A stretch of DNA of 62,105 nucleotides. Origin: Candidatus Pacearchaeota archaeon. GTDB lineage: Archaea > Nanobdellota > Nanobdellia > Pacearchaeales > UBA284. Positions 54,260-62,105 of the stretch are shown one piece after another. The translations under genes were made by a program, and so were the position numbers. How positions within the stretch are numbered: the stretch's first letter is position 1; every line of letters starts with the position of its first letter. Below the pieces are notes generated by a model. That model searched no databases and had not been told where the DNA came from. It saw nothing but the letters and a program-made list of their open reading frames with translations. The DNA lies in contig JAVZYK010000001.1 in assembly GCA_038886195.1 (NCBI GenBank), forward strand, positions 5,356-67,460, read 5' to 3'.

Positions 54260-57200
54260 ATGGCTTATAAAAGATATATAAAGATAGGCGGCAAACTTTA
54301 TGGACCTTATGAATATCATAGTTATCGCGATAGTGATGGTAGTGTAAAAAGTAAATATGTTAGAAAAATAGAGAAAGTAGAAGAAGAAAAGAATCGATTG
54401 AAAAGAAATCTGCTTTTTTTTAAACTGGGTTTTGTCATTTTATTGATTTTTTTTGCGATAATTTTATTTTTTTATATTAAAAATTTAAATGCTTTTACAG
54501 GAAAACTTGCGTTAGATATAACAGATAAAAATAAAATAAACGAGAATCTAAAAGGTTTTATAAATCTAGAATTTAGAGAAGGAGAGTTTTATCCCGCTAA
54601 TTCTAAAATAATTATTAATTTTTATAACTATACTAAAGAATTGACTTTAGAAGAATTTATTTCGCTTTCTAATGTTGAACTCGAGCCTAGAGAAGAAGTT
54701 TTTTACACTACTTCTGGGCTTTTAGATGATCAGGGAAGCGGACTTGGTTATGGGTTTATTGGAACAAAAAAAATGCCTATAGATGTTTATTTTGAATTAA
54801 TAATTGAAAAAGAAATAGAAGAAAATGTTTCTGAAGAAAATATGACTTCAGAAGAAAGCACGAATGAAAGTGAAACTACATCCCAAAGCGAGGCTGAAGA
54901 AACAGAAGTTTCAGAAACAGAAACTTCAGAATCATCAGAAGAAAATCCTTCTGAATCTTCTACAGAGCCTCAAGAAGAGCAATCAGGAGAAAATGAAAAT
55001 CCTATTGAAACCCCTTTAGAATCGCCGGGGTTGCCGGATTCATCCGAAATAAAACAAGAAATTAGAGATGTGTTAACGGGCTCTGTTATTGAAGAAGTTA
55101 AGAGAATTTCAGGAAAATGTGATGCTAATAATCCATTTATCTATACTCTTGAAAGTGGCGAATTTGCAATTTTAGTTCCAGGAAGCGTTAGAACTGATAA
55201 TGAAACTTTGCCCGATTCTAGTGTTAATGTAATTAATGAAGAAAACAAAGTTAAAGTAACTACTGATTATATGTTAGTTCAAGAGGGTTATGGGCGAGAA
55301 TATGTTGGTAAGAAACGTCTTGTGCCTTTAAATATTGAACAATTTAATTTTACTGTGAATGAAGAAGGAACTTATTTATTAAAAGTAGATTTTGTTTATA
55401 ATAATATTACCTTAGCTTCTGTTTCAAAAGAAGTTTCTTTTGAAAATATTACTAAAGTTAACGAGACCAATGAAACAAATCTTTCTTTTGCTCCTGTGTT
55501 AATTAAAGAAATTCCTGATATTACAATTTTGAAAAATGAAAAATATTCTTTTGATCTTACGGAATATTTCAGTGATCCAAATAACAATTCTCTTGAATTC
55601 GGCGCTGATGAGATGGAAAATATAACCATTGAGTTTGAAAATTCAATCGCTACAATTATTCCAGAAGAAAACTTTACTGGTTCAAGACAAACAAGATTTT
55701 ATGCAAGCGATGGCGAGAATGTAACAGAAAGCAATCTTGTTACAATAAATGTTGTTGAAGCCAAAAATTATGTAATCCAAATCATTAATAAAAAGAGTGA
55801 AATTATTGACGAACTTTCTGTGAATGAATCTAAGGTGAAGGTTAAGGTTAATAGAATTGAACAGGAAGGTAAAGAAGAAATTAATTTGATTTTAGAAGAG
55901 AATGAAGATAAGATAGAGACAGAAAATAATGAGAGCTTCGAACAAGAAAATAAAAGTTTAGAAAGCAATGAAAGTTTGGAGGAAGAAAATGAGAGTGTAG
56001 ACATTACAGGAAGCGTTACAGGATACGCAATTTCTGAAAAAAAGAAAGAATATAGTTCAGCTATTAATTTTGTTGCCTTATCAGACATTACTTTTATTCA
56101 GATAGACAAACCTAGTGAAAAGCAACAGAAACAAGGCATTGTTACAGAAATTATTGCTATTGAGCCTAGGGCGGCCAAAGTCGAGAGTGCAGAAATTACT
56201 TTAAAGAAAAATTCAGCGATAAATGTAGCTAAAATAGGTTTTTGTTCTGATTGGAATATTAAAAAATTTGAATGCGATGGTGAGTGGCAAGATACTGAGA
56301 TTGAGTTTGAACAAGATAATGAAACTATCAAATTTAATGTTTCAAGCTTTAGTGCTTATGCTGGATTTTCTGAACTACCAGAAGGCGTTATAATTAAACT
56401 GGTTTCAAACACAGAACAATGTCTCGTAGATTGCGAAGCTGTTTTGGACATTTACATCCCAGAGAGTTTGTTTAACATCACGAATGAAACAGAGGAAAAA
56501 GGAAAAGTACAAGAAAAGAAATTGAAACTTAACAAGATTGCAAAGAAAGATTCTAAACTCATTAGCGACAAGAAGATAAAACTGAAAGAAAAGAAAAGCA
56601 ATTTAATTATTGATGAAGAAAACTGGCTCGATACTGATTTGTTTGACTTGTGGTTCTTGAAAACAGCGAAAAGCCAGGGGCTTGAAGAATTTAGCGTAGA
56701 GAAGCTTGTTGATGTAACCAAAGAAAAAGTTGTTTTTGATTATGAGCCTTGTGGTGAGTCGCCTACAACACCAGGAGCAAAAAAACTTTGTGTAAAAGGC
56801 AACCATGTGGAGCAATATAATGTAGGCGAATGGCATGACTTGCTTGATGAAGGCCTCAGCCCAGGACATAATATTGTTAGAATAAAAGGCAAGAAACAAG
56901 CGACTCTTAATGAAAACAATGTTGATTGGAAAATTGCTATGGAAATAGGTAGTTATCAAGAGCCTAACTTGGCTTGGTGGAATGCCAGTTGGAGCAGAAG
57001 AGTTCCCATTTTTGTATGGGGTCCTAACGGAGCTGGGCCGGAAAATTACGCCATTCCAATGAATATAACTTATGATAGTGACATGCAAAATGATTTTGAT
57101 GATTTAAGATTTGTTGATGATGATAATGTTAGCGAATTGGATTATTGGATCCAGGAAAAAAGCAATGGTGCTTGGGCGCTCGTTTGGGTTGAAATCAAAG

Positions 57201-60200
57201 ATGCAATAAGTGACAGCGAGAATCAAACCGTTTATATGTATTATGGTAATCCTCAGGCGTCTAGTAGAAGCGACATCAGCAAAACTTTCTTGTTTGGTGA
57301 CGACTTCAATGATGGAGTTATTGGGCCAGAATGGATGAATAATACAGGGCCTATTTACGAAGAAAACGGTGTCATTTTTATGAACACAAGTTCTTACACA
57401 GATGTGGCCAAACTTTACATTAATACGACAGATGACATAATTTATGATTTTGCAGTTATGGTTAAAGTTAGGCCTGATCATCTTGATTCTGGCGACTATA
57501 GATTGGGCGTGGCGGCAAAGCACAGGTGGGATGGTTCTGGAGATGGCTACAATGTTTTGATTAAATATGATAACTTAAGTTCGGTTATTTTCCTAGACGA
57601 TTGGAATGCATGGGGTGATGAAGCTTACCCTGGATTTAATTATGAGGAAGGCAATTGGTATTGGTTTGAAATGAGCGTTTTAATGGGAATGTGGGGAGAT
57701 ATTTTGCAAGGTAGAAGCTGGCAAGTTGGTACAGAAAGGCCTGATTGGCAGATAACTCAATCATGGAGCACAAGATCGGGAGCAACTGCCGGGGTTAATT
57801 TAGGCTATTTATCTTATGGAAGTTTTGATGATTTCATTTTGAGAAAATATAGCGGTAATGAGCCGTTTGCTTATGCAATAAATACAAACCAAGAAACTGC
57901 GAATCTTGTTGTAAATGTCTCGAGTCCTGCATGTGTCGAAGGCGAGGCATATTATAGTACAATTCAAGCAGCGATAAATGCAGCAAGCAATGGCTCCTCG
58001 ATAACTGTTTGTCCTGGAACTTACACTGAAAATGTTAAAGTTAATAAGACGGGTTTAAAAATCATAGCATATTCATCAAACTTGGCAGACACAATTGTCC
58101 AGCCAACTTCAACGAGCAACGACGCTTTTGAAATTACAGCCAACTCAACTTTAATTAAGGGCTTTACAATAAGAAACCCTCGCTATGGAGTTTATGTTAA
58201 TGGAAATTATTGGTTTAATGAAATTATGGATTTAAACATTACTTCTGTTAACAGCCAAGGGATAAACCTCAACCAAGCCAAGAACACAACTATTTACAAT
58301 ATTACGGTATACAACTCCACTAGCAGCGCTTATGGTTTCTATTTGGGCAGCGCGCACAACAATACAATTAAGAATTGTGATATTAATACAACGAGTTATG
58401 CGGTTTATCTTTCTTCTAGCAATGACAATTTAATAGAAAACTCAATAATAAAAACGAACGCTGATGGGATCTATCTACATGCTAACAACAACAGAAACGT
58501 TATCAATAACAACACAATAAATGCCACTGGTTCAACTTCTAGCGGTATTTATGTTTACTTCAACAATCCGGATAATAATTTAACTAACAACAATGTTGTA
58601 AAATCTGCTAGAGGAATCAGAATAGAATCTTCAAGGACTTTTGTTAAAAACAACACAGTCTTGAATGCAACAGAATATGGAATTTATATAAGCAATTCTG
58701 AAAATAACACATTGCAGCAAAACCAAGTTAATAATTCGAGATATGGCCTTTACATTGATGGCTCTAACAAATGGCATTTCAATCATAGCATTGACACAAC
58801 TAACTTGGTTAATGGCCTGCCTATTTATTATTACAACAATATAAATGGTATTGGAATAGACTGTGGCTCATTAAACCAGGCGGCTTTAAGTAATGTAAAT
58901 GTTACCGCGGGCGATATTGGCAAGATAACTATTGCTAACTCACAGAATGTTATTGTTAATAACTGCAACATTAGCAATGAAAATCAACTTGGTAATGCTA
59001 TAGCTTTAGTTTATTCTAACAACATAGTTGTACAAAATTCAAACATGAGCAATAATCAATATACGGTTTATCTTGAATCTACAAATAATAGCAATGTTTC
59101 TAATGTTATAAGTTCTGGTTATAAAGGAATTTACCTTTATGGTTATAGCTACAATAATGTGATAGAGAATAACAAAATTAACACAAGTGGAAGCAATGGG
59201 CATGGAATTCATCTTAACGCCTATTCTAGCAACAATGCTGTAAAAAATAACATAATCAATATATTTTATAGTGGTTATGGAGTGCGATTAGAAGGCTCCT
59301 CTTCAGGAAACAATATAACTCAAAATAATATTAGTTCCAATTGTAGTGGTTGCAATGGAATTCATTTATCCACCTCTAACAATAACAGTATTTCATACAA
59401 TTATCTAAATCTTACAGGTAGCAGCGCTTATGGTTTCTATTTGGGCAGCGCGCACAACAATACAATTAAGAATTGTGATATTAATACAACGAGTTATGCG
59501 GTTTATCTTTCTTCTAGCAATGACAATTTAATAGAAAACTCAATAATAAAAACGAACGCTGATGGGATCTATCTACATGCTAACAACAACAGAAACGTTA
59601 TCAATAACAACACAATAAATGCCACTGGTTCAACTTCTAGCGGTATTTATGTTTACTTCAACAATCCGGATAATAATTTAACTAACAACAATGTTGTAAA
59701 ATCTGCTAGAGGAATCAGAATAGAATCTTCAAGGACTTTTGTTAAAAACAACACAGTCTTGAATGCAACAGAATATGGAATTTATATAAGCAATTCTGAA
59801 AATAACACATTGCAGCAAAACCAAGTTAATAATTCGAGATATGGCCTTTACATTGATGGCTCTAACAAATGGCATTTCAATCATAGCATTGACACAACTA
59901 ACTTGGTTAATGGCCTGCCTATTTATTATTACAACAATATAAATGGTATTGGAATAGACTGTGGCTCATTAAACCAGGCGGCTTTAAGTAATGTAAATGT
60001 TACCGCGGGCGATATTGGCAAGATAACTATTGCTAACTCACAGAATGTTATTGTTAATAACTGCAACATTAGCAATGAAAATCAACTTGGTAATGCTATA
60101 GCTTTAGTTTATTCTAACAACATAGTTGTACAAAATTCAAACATGAGTAACAATCAATATACGGTTTATCTTGAAAGAACCAATAATAGCAATGTTTCTA

Positions 60201-62105
60201 ATGTTATAAGTTCTGGCTATAAAGGCATTTACATATATGACTACTGTTATAATAACACGATTGAAAATTCAAAGATTAACACGAGCGCATTAGATGGGGC
60301 TTATGGTATTTATGTTTATAATTATGTTAATGGGACTACAATTAAAAATAATGAAATAAAAACAAATCGCGATAGAGGAATTTATATCAATCAATATTCT
60401 ATGAATAATACCATCCTCAACAACAATGTAACTGTTGTTTCAACAACAAGCATTTATGGTATTCATATCATATCGTTCTCTGATTATGGCAATATTAGTA
60501 ATAACATCGTCAATGTGAGTTGTACTGGGAACTGTTATGGATTTCTTGTTGGTGTAAATAATCTTACTTTATATGGCAATATTGTTTATATAGGATATTC
60601 TAATTATAATCAATATGGGATTTACTTATCTTCTGCAAGCGACTGTATCGTTAATAATTCTTTAATTAGTATTGTTTCTAGTGGTAGGGGAATTACTTTG
60701 AGTGGTTCTTCTTACAGGAATACATTGAATAATAATACTATTTATTTAAATAGTTCTAGTTCGTATGGTATTGAAATGAGTTCTTCTAATAATAATTTAA
60801 CCAATAACAACATTTCTGTTCTAGGAACTGGCTCGAGAGGAATCTATTTCGGAGGCACAACTGCAAATACTACTGTTATTAATAACATAATAACAACAAA
60901 CTTAACTGATGCTAATTCATGGGCATTTTATTCTGATAATGTCAATAATCAAAAGAATGTTTTTATTAACAACATGATTAAAGGCGATAATGCTTCGGCT
61001 GACACAAATATCAGCTTTAGTTATTATGGCCAAATTGCTTTAAAAGGCGTTACAACATCAGCAAGACCTAGCAATCCAAGCGGTTATGGGAATATAAATA
61101 AGTACATAAATGTAACAAATCTAAGCTCAGGCTCGTGGCTTTTCTTAAATGTAAGTTATAGTGATTCTGATGTTTATTTTGTTGATGAAGATACTTTGTT
61201 TATAGCAAGACACAACGGAACCTGGGAAATTGATACAAGCAAGTTTTCGAGCAGTTATGGAAGGGACACTGTAAACAATTATGTTTACGCAAACATAACA
61301 AACTTCTCAACTTTCGCGCCATTGGGTAACAAAAAAACAGGATGTGTTGGCGAACATTATGTTTTTGGTTGTGGCGATAAGATTAATGAATCTTGCACGA
61401 TGAATGCTGATTTAAAATCAGATGGCACTTGCTTTACGATTGGAAATGATAATATTATTCTTGACTGCGCCGGCTATAGTATCAATTATTCAACAACTCA
61501 GGAAGGTTATGGCATTGATAATAGTGGCGGCTTTGATAACATAACGATAAAGAACTGTACAATAGTTCAAGAAAATCAAAGTGTGCAGGGCTTTAACATT
61601 TTCTTGAATAATTCTGACAACAGCATTGTAGAATATAACAATTTAACAAGAGGTAAAGGCGGAATTCTTGCAATTAATTCCTTTAATTTAACGGCAAGAC
61701 ACAATTATGGCTCTTATTTTGAATATGGCGAATCATTCAATTGGAATGTTTGTGAACCTTTCAATGATACTGAATCATACAAATATTTCGAGTCAGCAAT
61801 ATGGCTAGTTGATAGCAATAATGCGACAATATTTAACAATACAATTCAAGGCAATACAACTGAAGCAGGAATGGAAAATCATCTTGGAACAGAATCCGCA
61901 ATAACCTTATGCAGAAGTAACTATAGCAACATTTCCAGCAACACAATTAGAGCAACAGATACTTATGGGATACATATTTATAATAGCACTTACGCTGTTG
62001 CTACTTATAATTTTGTTAATGGCTCTAGCGCTTATGGAGCAACAAACACTAATGATGGCATAATTCTTGCAGCTGGCTCTAATCATAATGTTTCCTTCAA
62101 TGAAT
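54260..62105 (+). CDS. Giant surface/adhesin-like protein (>2600 aa; 3' truncated by window edge)
   Basis: ATG 54260 (MAYKRYIK); same frame reads open at every spot check to the end; TM, acidic linkers, cadherin-like, DUF2341-like (DFDDLRF..LDYW..VWV) and parallel beta-helix repeats. Confidence 0.88.
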   Translation, partial: MAYKRYIKIGGKLYGPYEYHSYRDSDGSVKSKYVRKIEKVEEEKNRLKRNLLFFKLGFVILLIFFAIILFFYIKNLNAFTGKLALDITDKNKINENLKGFINLEFREGEFYPANSKIIINFYNYTKELTLEEFISLSNVELEPREEVFYTTSGLLDDQGSGLGYGFIGTKKMPIDVYFELIIEKEIEENVSEENMTSEESTNESETTSQSEAEETEVSETETSESSEENPSESSTEPQEEQSGENENPIETPLESPGLPDSSEIKQEIRDVLTGSVIEEVKRISGKCDANNPFIYTLESGEFAILVPGSVRTDNETLPDSSVNVINEENKVKVTTDYMLVQEGYGREYVGKKRLVPLNIEQFNFTVNEEGTYLLKVDFVYNNITLASVSKEVSFENITKVNETNETNLSFAPVLIKEIPDITILKNEKYSFDLTEYFSDPNNNSLEFGADEMENITIEFENSIATIIPEENFTGSRQTRFYASDGENVTESNLVTINVVEAKNYVIQIINKKSEIIDELSVNESKVKVKVNRIEQEGKEEINLILEENEDKIETENNESFEQENKSLESNESLEEENESVDITGSVTGYAISEKKKEYSSAINFVALSDITFIQIDKPSEKQQKQGIVTEIIAIEPRAAKVESAEITLKKNSAINVAKIGFCSDWNIKKFECDGEWQDTEIEFEQDNETIKFNVSSFSAYAGFSELPEGVIIKLVSNTEQCLVDCEAVLDIYIPESLFNITNETEEKGKVQEKKLKLNKIAKKDSKLISDKKIKLKEKKSNLIIDEENWLDTDLFDLWFLKTAKSQGLEEFSVEKLVDVTKEKVVFDYEPCGESPTTPGAKKLCVKGNHVEQYNVGEWHDLLDEGLSPGHNIVRIKGKKQATLNENNVDWKIAMEIGSYQEPNLAWWNASWSRRVPIFVWGPNGAGPENYAIPMNITYDSDMQNDFDDLRFVDDDNVSELDYWIQEKSNGAWALVWVEIKDAISDSENQTVYMYYGNPQASSRSDISKTFLFGDDFNDGVIGPEWMNNTGPIYEENGVIFMNTSSYTDVAKLYINTTDDIIYDFAVMVKVRPDHLDSGDYRLGVAAKHRWDGSGDGYNVLIKYDNLSSVIFLDDWNAWGDEAYPGFNYEEGNWYWFEMSVLMGMWGDILQGRSWQVGTERPDWQITQSWSTRSGATAGVNLGYLSYGSFDDFILRKYSGNEPFAYAINTNQETANLVVNVSSPACVEGEAYYSTIQAAINAASNGSSITVCPGTYTENVKVNKTGLKIIAYSSNLADTIVQPTSTSNDAFEITANSTLIKGFTIRNPRYGVYVNGNYWFNEIMDLNITSVNSQGINLNQAKNTTIYNITVYNSTSSAYGFYLGSAHNNTIKNCDINTTSYAVYLSSSNDNLIENSIIKTNADGIYLHANNNRNVINNNTINATGSTSSGIYVYFNNPDNNLTNNNVVKSARGIRIESSRTFVKNNTVLNATEYGIYISNSENNTLQQNQVNNSRYGLYIDGSNKWHFNHSIDTTNLVNGLPIYYYNNINGIGIDCGSLNQAALSNVNVTAGDIGKITIANSQNVIVNNCNISNENQLGNAIALVYSNNIVVQNSNMSNNQYTVYLESTNNSNVSNVISSGYKGIYLYGYSYNNVIENNKINTSGSNGHGIHLNAYSSNNAVKNNIINIFYSGYGVRLEGSSSGNNITQNNISSNCSGCNGIHLSTSNNNSISYNYLNLTGSSAYGFYLGSAHNNTIKNCDINTTSYAVYLSSSNDNLIENSIIKTNADGIYLHANNNRNVINNNTINATGSTSSGIYVYFNNPDNNLTNNNVVKSARGIRIESSRTFVKNNTVLNATEYGIYISNSENNTLQQNQVNNSRYGLYIDGSNKWHFNHSIDTTNLVNGLPIYYYNNINGIGIDCGSLNQAALSNVNVTAGDIGKITIANSQNVIVNNCNISNENQLGNAIALVYSNNIVVQNSNMSNNQYTVYLERTNNSNVSNVISSGYKGIYIYDYCYNNTIENSKINTSALDGAYGIYVYNYVNGTTIKNNEIKTNRDRGIYINQYSMNNTILNNNVTVVSTTSIYGIHIISFSDYGNISNNIVNVSCTGNCYGFLVGVNNLTLYGNIVYIGYSNYNQYGIYLSSASDCIVNNSLISIVSSGRGITLSGSSYRNTLNNNTIYLNSSSSYGIEMSSSNNNLTNNNISVLGTGSRGIYFGGTTANTTVINNIITTNLTDANSWAFYSDNVNNQKNVFINNMIKGDNASADTNISFSYYGQIALKGVTTSARPSNPSGYGNINKYINVTNLSSGSWLFLNVSYSDSDVYFVDEDTLFIARHNGTWEIDTSKFSSSYGRDTVNNYVYANITNFSTFAPLGNKKTGCVGEHYVFGCGDKINESCTMNADLKSDGTCFTIGNDNIILDCAGYSINYSTTQEGYGIDNSGGFDNITIKNCTIVQENQSVQGFNIFLNNSDNSIVEYNNLTRGKGGILAINSFNLTARHNYGSYFEYGESFNWNVCEPFNDTESYKYFESAIWLVDSNNATIFNNTIQGNTTEAGMENHLGTESAITLCRSNYSNISSNTIRATDTYGIHIYNSTYAVATYNFVNGSSAYGATNTNDGIILAAGSNHNVSFNE
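58321..60147 (+). repeat. 729-bp direct duplication (58321-59049 and 59419-60147), period 1098 bp
   Basis: Both copies start TAGCAGCGCTTATGGTTTCT and read identically by eye to ...AAACATGAG; in frame. Confidence 0.9.

Noticed and set aside
55396-57523. Minus-strand ORFs in the last 8 kb
   Set aside because: Antisense shadows of the giant plus-strand gene, omitted from the track because it has no stop in the window

Overview
AT-rich, gene-dense chromosomal segment of an archaeon, most likely DPANN (Pacearchaeota/Woesearchaeota-like). The domain call rests on GatE, archaeal AspRS/TrpRS/PheRS, proteasome beta, aCPSF1, Dph6, archease-RtcB, TATA/BRE promoters and CCA-less tRNAs including an intron-containing tRNA-Tyr; the lineage call is inference. 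It holds six tRNAs, a thiol-redox cluster, an Fe-S (IscS/IscU) operon with a diadenylate cyclase and a palindromic operator, pilin-like genes, and three related large surface proteins, the last (>2600 aa, missing from the ORF track) running off the window with a 729-bp exact internal duplication. Highlights: (1) a compact iorA-iorB-pta-cooS-ackA operon with a shortened but ligand-complete Ni-CODH inside a fermentative ATP-yielding pathway; (2) a ~1.9-kb locus between tRNA-Lys and tRNA-Asp, bounded by a 21-bp direct repeat, with a 29-aa repeat protein showing site-focused non-synonymous variation plus orphan C-terminal fragments; (3) a divergent class III nucleotide cyclase coupled to an unknown partner; (4) bacterial-cell-wall-type secreted enzymes; (5) a GatE lacking its AspRS-like insert. 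All family calls are from motif recognition by eye, not database searches.
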